From the sequence record PQ900155.1: a stretch of 48,021 nucleotides of DNA. One strand, written 5' to 3'. The stretch's first letter is position 1. Each line of letters opens with the position of its first letter. Source of the DNA: Escherichia phage vB_Eco_CWW26. Under the pieces are notes generated by a model that saw only the letters and a program-made list of their open reading frames with translations, had not been told where the DNA came from and did no database searches. Position numbers and translations under genes: made by a program. This document shows positions 1 to 7,734 of the stretch, piece by piece.

Positions 1-300
1 TACTCGTCAACACCTCATTTTACCCCGAAATACCCGAGCTATCGGGGTGGTGAATTTACATTCACAATCATAGGTTTACGCGCATAACCGAAAACCCCGT
101 ACATTCTTCCCTTCTTCCTTCTTATAAACCTTATAAACTATACATTATGTATTATACTACATTTATACTATATATTATATACTTTCTATTACTACTAATT
201 ACTATTTTATAAGGGTATAAGGGTAATAAGTAGTATAGTACTGAAAGGTAAAGAGTTTTTGATACCCCGATGAAGTACCCCGAACGACTTTCAACGGGGT
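1..300. repeat. Copy A of a 300-bp perfect direct repeat (copy B = 14844..15143; first 77 bp recur at 47945..48021)
   Basis: Base-by-base comparison shows 1..300 identical to 14844..15143. The first mismatch is at 301/15144 (a/g) and similarity is lost after 306/15149. The region is intergenic, and its AT-rich core yields only the spurious antisense ORF 152..367. Confidence 0.95.
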
Positions 301-303
301 ATG

Positions 304-332
304 TGGCAATGACGGTACAGTCATGGTAAAAT
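304..332 (+). promoter_or_regulatory. sigma70-like promoter TGGCAA-N17-TAAAAT at the right edge of repeat copy A, facing the terminase operon
   Basis: -35 tggcaa at 304..309, a 17-nt spacer, and -10 taaaat at 327..332. It lies 34 nt upstream of the small terminase ATG. A promoter occupies the equivalent position after copy B. Confidence 0.45.
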
Positions 333-365
333 CGTGGCATTAGAGACAATGACGTGGGGACCATC

Positions 366-824
366 ATGGCAAGGGCTAAACTTAACGAACATGGTGTGAC
401 AGAGCAGCAAGAGAAGTTTGCTCAGGCATTTGTGGAAACGGGTAACGCATCCGAGTCATATCGCCGCTCGTATAACACTTCCCGCATGGCCGTAAACACC
501 ATCGCTAAACGTGCATCTGAAATGCTGGATAACGGGGCAGTTGCGGGGAGAATTGCCTCACTTCGTCAAGTTCATTCAAAGCGCCACAACGTGACAGTTG
601 ATTCACTCGTTGCGGAACTGGAAGAAATTAAAAACGTTGCGCTGTCCGCCGAGACGCCGCAATCATCCGCAGCTGTGGCAGCAGTGCTCGGTAAAGCGAA
701 ACTGATGGGACTGGATAAGCAACTGGTTCAGTTGTCCGGCGGTCTGGATAATGTGAATACAAATATCAACATTACCGCCGAAGATGTGAAAGTATTTAAA
801 AAGGCGTTTAACGATGAATTTTAA
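366..824 (+). CDS. terS: Terminase small subunit (P27/Terminase_2-like)
   Basis: This is track ORF 354..824, with ATG 366 (MARAKLNEHG...) preferred as the start. The N-terminal LxEQQEKFAQAFVETGNASESYRRSY pattern is typical of small terminases. It lies immediately upstream of, and overlaps, the large terminase gene. Confidence 0.7.
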   Translation: MARAKLNEHGVTEQQEKFAQAFVETGNASESYRRSYNTSRMAVNTIAKRASEMLDNGAVAGRIASLRQVHSKRHNVTVDSLVAELEEIKNVALSAETPQSSAAVAAVLGKAKLMGLDKQLVQLSGGLDNVNTNINITAEDVKVFKKAFNDEF

Positions 825-2262
825 TTCCCCAAAAGAATTAAAATTACTGCGCCTCGCACTTGAGGAAGATTTTACTTTATTTGCTCGTTTCTTCTTTAAA
901 GTTTTAAAAGGGACTAAATTTGTATTTAGTGACCACCATCATGTAATTTGTGATGCGTTGATGGATGTATTTTACGGTCGCACCACTCATTTAATAATTA
1001 ACATGCCGCCCCGTTATTCGAAAACCGAACTGGCTGTTAAATTATTTTCCGCATGGTGCTACGTTAAGAATCCCAAGTGTGAATTTATTCACCTGTCGTA
1101 TGCTGATATTCTCGCGCTGGATAACTCCGAATCAATCAAATCAGTTTTGAAGTCTGAAGAGTTTCAAAAACTGTGGCCTCATGTGACCATCAAGGCGAAT
1201 AAGGATTCGAAGAAGGCGTGGGGCACTGACCAGGGTGGTGTATTCTATGCGACGGCTGCGGGTGGCCCTATCACTGGTTTTGGTGCTGGCAAACTGGACG
1301 ACTTCGAGAACGGTAATGGGTTTGGTGGTGCAATCATCATCGATGACCCGTTAAAACCAGATGACGCGTATTCTGACCCAAAACGTAACGGTGTTAACCG
1401 TCGCTGGGATGAAACCATCAAATCACGTTTTAACTCCACAAAGACGCCCTGCATTGTCATCATGCAGCGACTTCACGAGGAGGACTTTTGCGGCACCCTG
1501 TTGAAAGACGAGGAGTATAATTTCCGTCATCTGGTGCTTCCTGCCATTGTGGACGAGGGTTTACCGACGGAGCGTGCGTTGTGGCCCCAGAAACACTCTC
1601 TGGAAGCCCTCAAAGCGATGCAGAAGAAAAACTCGTACATGTTCTCCGGTCAGATGCAGCAACGTCCCTCACCGCTCGGGGGCGGCATTCTGAAGGGGTC
1701 ATGGTTCGGACGTTACACCGTTGTGCCAAAGCTGAAATACAGAGCGGTGTTTATCGATACGGCGCAGAAAGCCAAAGAGCATAACGACTATCAGGTCGCC
1801 GAACTGTGGGGACTGGGTGAGGATGGGTATCTGTATCTCCTCGACGTCATGCGTGACAAGTTCGAAGCGTATGAGCTTGAGGTAAAAATTCCCGACTTCT
1901 GGAACAAGCACCGCAATGACAAAAACGGTCGTTTGCGTTACATGGCTGTCGAAGATAAATCATCCGGCACAGAACTTATCCAGAAGATTCGCCGCAAAAT
2001 TAAACCCGTGATACCCGTGCGGGAGATACCACGTGGACCGGCGGCAAATAAATTAACCCGCGTGATGGATGTACAGGGTTACATTGAGTCAGGATATGTT
2101 AAGATACCCGAAGATGCCCCATGGGTTCATGACTTCGTTACGGAGTGTGAAGCGTTCACTGCCGATGATACACACGCTCACGATGACCAGATTGACCCAA
2201 TGTGTGATGCAATTAGTCAAATGCTCCACAATGGCAAAGCAACCGTTTCGGAGATTTTATAA
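814..2262 (+). CDS. terL: Terminase large subunit
   Basis: 482 aa. Walker A-like MPPRYSKTE and Walker B-like AIIIDDP are present, with a C-terminal acidic nuclease region (AHDDQIDP). It sits between the small terminase and portal genes. Confidence 0.9.
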   Translation: MNFNSPKELKLLRLALEEDFTLFARFFFKVLKGTKFVFSDHHHVICDALMDVFYGRTTHLIINMPPRYSKTELAVKLFSAWCYVKNPKCEFIHLSYADILALDNSESIKSVLKSEEFQKLWPHVTIKANKDSKKAWGTDQGGVFYATAAGGPITGFGAGKLDDFENGNGFGGAIIIDDPLKPDDAYSDPKRNGVNRRWDETIKSRFNSTKTPCIVIMQRLHEEDFCGTLLKDEEYNFRHLVLPAIVDEGLPTERALWPQKHSLEALKAMQKKNSYMFSGQMQQRPSPLGGGILKGSWFGRYTVVPKLKYRAVFIDTAQKAKEHNDYQVAELWGLGEDGYLYLLDVMRDKFEAYELEVKIPDFWNKHRNDKNGRLRYMAVEDKSSGTELIQKIRRKIKPVIPVREIPRGPAANKLTRVMDVQGYIESGYVKIPEDAPWVHDFVTECEAFTADDTHAHDDQIDPMCDAISQMLHNGKATVSEIL

Positions 2263-2264
2263 AC

Positions 2265-3674
2265 ATGGCTAAGGCTGCTAAAACAAACCTTCATCTCATG
2301 CCAGCTACAACAACCGACGGGCTGGTAAACGTCGTATCTGGTCTCGGAACGTGGAAAGCAAAACGCTCTCACAACGCGTTCCAGTATGCCGCGCTGTCCA
2401 ACTGGCAACAACTTGACGCAGCTTACCAGACTAACTGGCTGGCTCGTCAGATTGTGGAAATACCTGCCGAAGACATGTGTCGTGAGTGGCGCACTATCAA
2501 GTGCAAGGAAGCTGATGACATCCGTATCGAGGAGGACCGACTGATGATACCTGCCGTTGTACAGGAGGCTGTCACATGGGCGCGTCTGTACGGTGGTGGT
2601 GGTATTCTCATGCTGACCGGTCAGGACCTGTCAAAGCCGCTCGACGTGCGCCGTATTCGTAAAGGTGATTTGAAGCGTTGTATCGTGTTTGACCGTCATG
2701 ATATGTCACCTCTCACCATGAACACCTGGGACATTCTGGCACCTAATTACATGATGCCGGAGTATTACACCATTACTGGTGGTGGACAACAAATCCACTG
2801 GACCCATTTTGCGCGTTTCAATGGTAAGCGTTTGCCGCGTCGCCAGATGGTCCAGACTCAGGGATGGGGTGACAGTGAGTTACGCGTGTGCCTCGATGAC
2901 ATCATGGACATGGTTGCGTCGAAGGATGGCATCGCGGAACTGATGCAGGAAGCAAACGTTGATGTGGTCAAGCGTGAAGGGTTGTCCGATGAGTTAGCCA
3001 GTGACCAGGATGACGCGATTGTGTCGCGTTACACTCTGTTCAGTCAGATGAAGTCACTGGTGCAAATGGCCCTGCTGGACGGTGACGAGTCATACGAACG
3101 TAAGACGCTCGACCTGGGCGGCGTTGCACCGGTGCTTGAGACGTTCATGACGTGGATTAGTGGTGCAGCTGACATTCCTGTCACGCGCCTGTTCGGTACT
3201 TCAGCCAAAGGTTTAAACGCCACGGGTGAAGGGGACATGAACAACTATAACAACTCCATCCGTTCTAAACAGTTGACACAAGTTGACCCGGGGTTGCGCC
3301 AGCTTGATGAGGTGCTGGTACGTAGCGCACTGGGTTACTGGCCTGACGACTTCAACTATGTGTGGAATCCACTCGCACAGCCCAATGAGTTACAGATTGC
3401 ACAGGCCGCTAAAACACGCGCTGATAAGGACATGTTGTATCTCGCAGAAGGTGTTATCACCGTGTCACAGGTGCAGCGCAATCTGGAAGCCGCCGAAGAG
3501 TATCAGTTTGAAGACGGTCAGATTGATGAGCAGTCAGAGACTGAGAAAGAAATGTCCACTGTGCAACGCCCTGAGCCTGACGAGCAGACCACGGACGCAT
3601 TCTGGATACGTTACAATGGGTATGTGGCTGACGGACTGTCGCACGATGAGATAATGGCAAAACTGGCCCAGTAA
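2265..3674 (+). CDS. Portal protein (DUF1073/HI1409-like)
   Basis: 469 aa, directly after terL. Size and position are canonical for a portal, and the C-terminus is acidic. Confidence 0.8.
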   Translation: MAKAAKTNLHLMPATTTDGLVNVVSGLGTWKAKRSHNAFQYAALSNWQQLDAAYQTNWLARQIVEIPAEDMCREWRTIKCKEADDIRIEEDRLMIPAVVQEAVTWARLYGGGGILMLTGQDLSKPLDVRRIRKGDLKRCIVFDRHDMSPLTMNTWDILAPNYMMPEYYTITGGGQQIHWTHFARFNGKRLPRRQMVQTQGWGDSELRVCLDDIMDMVASKDGIAELMQEANVDVVKREGLSDELASDQDDAIVSRYTLFSQMKSLVQMALLDGDESYERKTLDLGGVAPVLETFMTWISGAADIPVTRLFGTSAKGLNATGEGDMNNYNNSIRSKQLTQVDPGLRQLDEVLVRSALGYWPDDFNYVWNPLAQPNELQIAQAAKTRADKDMLYLAEGVITVSQVQRNLEAAEEYQFEDGQIDEQSETEKEMSTVQRPEPDEQTTDAFWIRYNGYVADGLSHDEIMAKLAQ

Positions 3675-3688
3675 CGGGCCAGTTTGGT

Positions 3689-3811
3689 TTATTTCTGCTT
3701 CGTAAAGCCACCACAACCACACTTCGGACACATCGTGTAACTCACGCCTTTCTTTTCAACCCGGTCAAGATGGTGATGCTCATGCTTGCATGCTACGCAG
3801 ATGATAATCAT
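3689..3811 (-). CDS. Small zinc-ribbon protein (40 aa)
   Basis: Read by hand because it is below the track cutoff: MIIICVACKHEHHHLDRVEKKGVSYTMCPKCGCGGFTKQK. It has CxxC...CxxC pairs, and its ATG overlaps the upstream stop (TAATG at 3811). Confidence 0.45.
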   Translation of the reverse strand: MIIICVACKHEHHHLDRVEKKGVSYTMCPKCGCGGFTKQK

Positions 3812-4419
3812 TAATCCTCCAGCTTCACGCCGGGAATTTTACCGGCTGCGATGGCGTCGTAGATATGTTTAGCAATGTGCTTGATTTGCTCATTATTGTT
3901 GCTAATTAACTGACTAGCTTTTCCTATCTCGGAAATAGTCTCATCACGCTTGCGCTCTGCTTCGGTGCGGAGTGGGCGGAATCCGCAAACATTACCAACA
4001 AAAAATGGCTGACTTCCGTCAGATGGTTTAAGGCATGCACCATCGCCATCATAAACAAGGACAGTTACTGGAAGCCAATCATGGTCGCCGCTTGCTAGCC
4101 ACTCACACTCGACACCAACCGGCGGAAGACCTTCTCCGTTCCATGCTGGCTTTTGAGATTCGGCTAGTGCTGCTTTGTATTGCCAATAGGTCACTATCGA
4201 CTCCTTGTGGTCGTAAGATAAAGGCATGACCCATTCACCACACCAGAAATACATAAGGCTATTCCCTGTGTGATGTTTCCATGATAATCCATCATAGTGG
4301 GGATCATTCGTGTCCCATACACACAGGGAACCGTCATTATCTTGAGTAATTGACAGCGCACCCTCCGGCCAACCGCCACGCTTTGGTAATTCCTGACACA
4401 ATAGTTCAAGTAATGTCAT
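3811..4419 (-). CDS. Hypothetical protein (202 aa)
   Basis: Long ORF, translationally coupled to the 4416..4610 gene. No motif recognised. Confidence 0.6.
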   Translation of the reverse strand: MTLLELLCQELPKRGGWPEGALSITQDNDGSLCVWDTNDPHYDGLSWKHHTGNSLMYFWCGEWVMPLSYDHKESIVTYWQYKAALAESQKPAWNGEGLPPVGVECEWLASGDHDWLPVTVLVYDGDGACLKPSDGSQPFFVGNVCGFRPLRTEAERKRDETISEIGKASQLISNNNEQIKHIAKHIYDAIAAGKIPGVKLED

Positions 4420-4610
4420 TTTGTCTCTCCTGTTGCTTTAAGATAGTGTCGTGCTTTGTCAGTGAGTTGAAAGTTGCCCATCCCGAAGCGAGTTGGTTCT
4501 ATGTAACCTTTGTCCAATAAATCTTCCACTGTCTGAGGTATCACCCGCCAGAAACGTGTATTTTTGAAACTTTTAAGCATGCTAATTTCACGCTTCGTTA
4601 AACTGTCCAT
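4416..4610 (-). CDS. Small protein, possible winged-helix DNA binder (64 aa)
   Basis: GGAGGAG RBS lies upstream of ATG 4610. It is the first gene downstream of the leftward promoter at 4646..4674. Confidence 0.5.
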   Translation of the reverse strand: MDSLTKREISMLKSFKNTRFWRVIPQTVEDLLDKGYIEPTRFGMGNFQLTDKARHYLKATGETK

Positions 4611-4645
4611 CTCTACTCCTCCCGCTGAATTGTGATAACATGTAC

Positions 4646-4674
4646 ACTCTACTCCATACTGACGAGGCCGTCAA
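4646..4674 (-). promoter_or_regulatory. Leftward promoter TTGACG-N17-TAGAGT embedded in palindrome CTGACG-AGGC-CGTCAA (4659..4674)
   Basis: The minus strand reads ttgacg gcctcgtcagtatggag tagagt. This is one member of the recurrent palindrome family. Confidence 0.6.
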
Positions 4675-4676
4675 GC

Positions 4677-5462
4677 ATGTCACGACAAACAGAGCTAAAT
4701 TATTATCGCCAGCTGAAACAGGTTGCACAGCTTGTTCGTGAGGATGTGGACGCCAACATCGTCCCGCTGGTGAAACAGCTTGCGCCGGAGTACACGGCTG
4801 ACGGCTGGAGTGACACTATCACCTCGGCGATTAACCAGTTGCTCACACGGTGGCTTGGTGCGTTTGCTCGTCGTCAGGCTGAGACTATTGCGTCACAGTT
4901 TGTACAGACTGCGGCAAAGGATAACGCCCGCTCATTCGCTATCAATCTGTACGGCGGCGATACACAGCTACAGGAATATCTCAGCGCCGCATCGTATCAG
5001 AACGCTAAACTCATTCAGTCCATTCCGGCTCAGTATCTGGAGCAGGTGCAGAACATCGTCATGACCAACATGCGTAACGGTATGCGCCCCAGTTACATCG
5101 AGGAAGCACTTGTTAAACAATTTGGTATCACGGAGCGTCGTGCCAAACTTATCGCCCGGGACCAGACCAGTAAAATACAGGGCGATATGAACCGCATTCG
5201 CCAGACGAACAGCGGTATTGAGTATTTCAAATGGGTGACGTCACAGGATGAGCGGGTACGTCATAGCCACGTGGAGGTCGCCAAACGCGATGTGGGATTC
5301 GGTGAAGGTGTATTCCGCTGGGATGATTTGCCGGTTGTCGATGGTGTACCAACATTTCCGGGTCAGCCAATAAATTGCCGTTGTGTGGCGAGGCCAGTCA
5401 CAGCGGCACAGGTGGAGCGGAATAAAAGGGCCGGTAAAACCGACCCAAGTGTTAAGCGATGA
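4677..5462 (+). CDS. Head morphogenesis protein (Mu F / SPP1 gp7 family)
   Basis: This is track ORF 4632..5462, with ATG 4677 (MSRQTELNYY) preferred because it has a GAGG 9 nt upstream. The WVTSQDERVRHSH motif is typical of the family. Confidence 0.8.
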   Translation: MSRQTELNYYRQLKQVAQLVREDVDANIVPLVKQLAPEYTADGWSDTITSAINQLLTRWLGAFARRQAETIASQFVQTAAKDNARSFAINLYGGDTQLQEYLSAASYQNAKLIQSIPAQYLEQVQNIVMTNMRNGMRPSYIEEALVKQFGITERRAKLIARDQTSKIQGDMNRIRQTNSGIEYFKWVTSQDERVRHSHVEVAKRDVGFGEGVFRWDDLPVVDGVPTFPGQPINCRCVARPVTAAQVERNKRAGKTDPSVKR

Positions 5463-5742
5463 TACCGTCGACCACTTTGTACCATTGCTCTTTAATATTA
5501 TCCAGTCGTGCTATATGTCTGGTAATTTGAGTTTCAAGATGAGCATGTGCACCCAGTAAACTACCAAATAACACCCATTTATCTTTGTGCATGTGAATGT
5601 GGACACCTGCGTTTTTACCAGTTCTGACGAAATCATATGAATTTTTATAGCTTCTATTCACATATCCTACAATGATTTCCGCTTGTGATATCTCATCGAT
5701 ATTTATTGGTAACGCAAATCTTATCTCTATCTCTTGCGTCAT
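5452..5742 (-). CDS. Hypothetical protein (96 aa)
   Basis: ORF whose start is coupled to the upstream gene (ATG at 5742 abuts the stop of 5742..5852). Confidence 0.5.
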   Translation of the reverse strand: MTQEIEIRFALPINIDEISQAEIIVGYVNRSYKNSYDFVRTGKNAGVHIHMHKDKWVLFGSLLGAHAHLETQITRHIARLDNIKEQWYKVVDGIIA

Positions 5743-5852
5743 TATTTACCCTTCCACGTTTCAATTAAACTTTCAATACCCAGGAACAGTAAGTAGCCAA
5801 ATACCAACGTTCCGAACCAGTGGTCAGCAATGAAGTTGAGTACGTCAATCAT
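5742..5852 (-). CDS. Small membrane protein (36 aa)
   Basis: This is track ORF 5742..5945 trimmed to ATG 5852, which forms an ATGA overlap with the stop of 5849..6037. It has one hydrophobic helix, WFGTLVFGYLLFLGI. Confidence 0.4.
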   Translation of the reverse strand: MIDVLNFIADHWFGTLVFGYLLFLGIESLIETWKGK

Positions 5853-6037
5853 TTCCCACGTCCTCTGAACACTCGATTCAACACTTCCCACAGTCCGGAA
5901 ATTACAGCAACCGGACCAAATGCGACAATTGTCCATGCCTGCCACTTATATTCCAGTTCCAGAGGCACCGTGGCGATTGTTACTATAATTACCCACCCTG
6001 CAAGCAGGATAATCAGTACACCTTTGGTAATATCCAT
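5849..6037 (-). CDS. Small membrane protein (62 aa, 2 predicted TM)
   Basis: Hydrophobic segments VLIILLAGWVIIVTIATV and VAFGPVAVISGLW. Gene boundaries are coupled. Confidence 0.5.
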   Translation of the reverse strand: MDITKGVLIILLAGWVIIVTIATVPLELEYKWQAWTIVAFGPVAVISGLWEVLNRVFRGRGK

Positions 6038-6234
6038 TAGCCCAACACCTTATTAACAAGTTGGTCCATCGCGGTCCATCGCTTAGATGCCGAACCATCC
6101 TCTTTAGTCGCGGTGAATGTCACAATATCCTCGAGGAAGTTCATTTTAAAGTTTGTCACAGTGATAACACCGTCTGCATCAATAATCCGGTCATTGTTGC
6201 GGAGCATTACCGCTTTAATTGGTTTATAGTTCAT
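6037..6234 (-). CDS. Hypothetical protein (65 aa)
   Basis: ORF with an ATGA overlap to the upstream 49-aa ORF. Confidence 0.45.
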   Translation of the reverse strand: MNYKPIKAVMLRNNDRIIDADGVITVTNFKMNFLEDIVTFTATKEDGSASKRWTAMDQLVNKVLG

Positions 6235-6380
6235 TTTCCATACGCCTCACGTAATGCAGCATTAGCGAGCGCCCAATCATCATGCTTGCGCGCAAGCTGC
6301 TGTGCGGTCTGTAACAGTTCTTTATCAATGACCCGCGCCTCTGATACGGGGCGGTCGTAGCCAGGAAGTAATGTGTTCAT
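6231..6380 (-). CDS. Hypothetical small protein (49 aa)
   Basis: Read by hand: MNTLLPGYDRPVSEARVIDKELLQTAQQLARKHDDWALANAALREAYGK. It has a GAGAGGG RBS and is the first gene after the leftward promoter 6412..6441. Confidence 0.4.
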   Translation of the reverse strand: MNTLLPGYDRPVSEARVIDKELLQTAQQLARKHDDWALANAALREAYGK

Positions 6381-6411
6381 CTCTCAAACCCTCTCTGTTG
6401 TTGATGAATTA

Positions 6412-6441
6412 AGTATACGTCATCCCTGACGAACTCGTCAA
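6412..6441 (-). promoter_or_regulatory. Leftward promoter TTGACG-N18-TATACT in palindrome CTGACG-AACT-CGTCAA (6426..6441)
   Basis: The minus strand reads ttgacg agttcgtcagggatgacg tatact. It lies between two leftward gene blocks. Confidence 0.6.
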
Positions 6442-6447
6442 CTTAAA

Positions 6448-6633
6448 TCACTCCTGCGGCGGCTCGGGTAATGGTTGCCAGTGTGTGGGAGTAAATAAAG
6501 CGCCATAAACTCGCCAGTTACCGCTTAATCCTTCGCTATAGAAACCAGTCTTCATTCCGCAATACTTCTTTGTCACCAGTACATCAACGCCTTCTTCTGG
6601 TAATTTATCACTACACTTAATCCAGTCTGCCAT
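6448..6633 (-). CDS. DUF551-like phage protein (61 aa)
   Basis: MADWIKCSDKLPEEGVDVLV...THWQPLPEPP is the characteristic DUF551 pattern. Confidence 0.6.
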   Translation of the reverse strand: MADWIKCSDKLPEEGVDVLVTKKYCGMKTGFYSEGLSGNWRVYGALFTPTHWQPLPEPPQE

Positions 6634-6814
6634 ACAATGTCCCCACTCGTTTCAAATCGCGCTGTGCGTGACAGCTGTAATTACCATCGTCCCATTTGAC
6701 CCAGTATTGCGGCGGGTCATTTGCGACAACATTTTTAACTGTGCCGGTAACGACACCATCGGGGAATAACTTCACAAGTGTCCCGGTTGGGTAGCGTGGG
6801 ATGGTGCTGGTCAT
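6617..6814 (-). CDS. Hypothetical protein (65 aa)
   Basis: ORF in the coupled leftward cassette. Confidence 0.45.
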   Translation of the reverse strand: MTSTIPRYPTGTLVKLFPDGVVTGTVKNVVANDPPQYWVKWDDGNYSCHAQRDLKRVGTLYGRLD

Positions 6815-7104
6815 TCCAGTTCCTCATCTTTTTGATTAATGTACACTGGTTCACCAAACCATACGGGTGTGACATATCCCTTGATTTCATCAGCAATGCG
6901 ACTGGCGCACGATAGCGCCCCTGATTGTGAATGTATGCGACCGTTGGCATATTCAGTTTGATAGGCGTGAGGCTGCTCACCCTCATACAACGGTTTCAGT
7001 TTATACCCAAACATGACAGCGTTGTTATGCGCCACACTGCCCGCGCGGACCAGATATGTCGTACCGCGATTGGTTGTCACTTCATATGCGTATGGTGTGT
7101 TCAT
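6811..7104 (-). CDS. Hypothetical protein (97 aa)
   Basis: ORF with coupled overlaps on both sides. Confidence 0.5.
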   Translation of the reverse strand: MNTPYAYEVTTNRGTTYLVRAGSVAHNNAVMFGYKLKPLYEGEQPHAYQTEYANGRIHSQSGALSCASRIADEIKGYVTPVWFGEPVYINQKDEELE

Positions 7105-7658
7105 TTGTCACCCTCCGACAGTTCATTAATTAGACGCTCAAGATACCAGCGGGCCTTTTTCACATCTTCCAGGCCGTTCTTCTCTTCATAGCGCCACAGG
7201 TATTTAACAACGTTTGCCACACATACTGCCTCGATACCGGTCTTACCCACCGTGGCAGCGGTGATAGCGTCGATACACTCGATACCGCCTTGTGTGTAGT
7301 GTGACGGGTGGTTGACCATGTCGACATCAATGAGTGGAGTTTGAATGCAACCGAATTGTACAGTACCATCTGGGTGATGAATTGAACGCGGACGATTATC
7401 ATTGGTTGCTACAGGTTCGCGTTGGGCGATGATTTCTATGTTATAGGTAGCGTTAACGTCTCCTTCACCAAGCGTATTACAATCATCAAGACTTGACTCA
7501 CTGGGCCACCAAATTCTGTCCCCCACACTTTGCAAACCGTTACGGTTTTCCTCATATCCGATGTCGCCAGTTCCCAACTCTCTTATCACCTGCTTACACC
7601 AATCCGGCGCACATTCGAAGTCTTTCTCGTCACCTTTAATGTAGTTCCACGTGGTCAT
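7101..7658 (-). CDS. DUF3310 / SaV-like protein (185 aa)
   Basis: This is track ORF 7101..7757 trimmed to ATG 7658, which has a GAGGAG RBS and lies downstream of the promoter. The C-terminal NHPSHY...IECIDAI...KYLWRYEEKNGLEDVKKARWYLERLI matches the DUF3310 signature. Confidence 0.65.
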   Translation of the reverse strand: MTTWNYIKGDEKDFECAPDWCKQVIRELGTGDIGYEENRNGLQSVGDRIWWPSESSLDDCNTLGEGDVNATYNIEIIAQREPVATNDNRPRSIHHPDGTVQFGCIQTPLIDVDMVNHPSHYTQGGIECIDAITAATVGKTGIEAVCVANVVKYLWRYEEKNGLEDVKKARWYLERLINELSEGDK

Positions 7659-7704
7659 GTTGTATCTCCTCTGAAATATATGTATTATGTGTTTAACGAT
7701 TATC

Positions 7705-7733
7705 ACTATGGCATACTCTGACGGACTCGTCAA
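7705..7733 (-). promoter_or_regulatory. Leftward promoter TTGACG-N17-CATAGT in palindrome CTGACG-GACT-CGTCAA (7718..7733)
   Basis: The minus strand reads ttgacg agtccgtcagagtatgc catagt. Confidence 0.6.
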
Positions 7734-7734
7734 C

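Noticed and set aside
1-306. The 300-bp repeats as a CRISPR array, a transposon with terminal inverted repeats, or genuine direct terminal repeats
   Set aside because: There are only two full copies, 14.8 kb apart, with no short repeat-spacer periodicity and no cas genes. The ends share only the ACCCCG motif rather than true TIRs, and there is no transposase. Terminal repeats would sit at genome ends, not 14.8 kb apart, although real termini cannot be determined here.
152-367. Antisense ORFs 152..367 (71 aa) and 14995..15195 (66 aa), sharing a long identical peptide
   Set aside because: They lie in the AT-rich core of the 300-bp repeat. Their composition is low-complexity Tyr/Ile/Leu/Ser, they have no RBS, and their ends fall in the non-repeated flanks. 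The shared peptide is just a consequence of the DNA repeat.
5836-5849. ttgagtacgtcaa, resembling the palindrome family
   Set aside because: The half-site spacing is wrong and one half is degenerate. It lies inside coding sequence, and no -10 element is present at 17-18 nt on either strand.
7687-7734. Upstream ATG starts (7687, 7708) for the scaffold-like gene, and upstream starts of several track ORFs (14856, 18837, 38676, 34057, 37030, 30692)
   Set aside because: The extended N-termini overlap mapped promoter elements or upstream genes and lack an SD. Internal starts with an RBS or ATGA/TAATG coupling fit better. The scaffold-like gene start remains genuinely uncertain.
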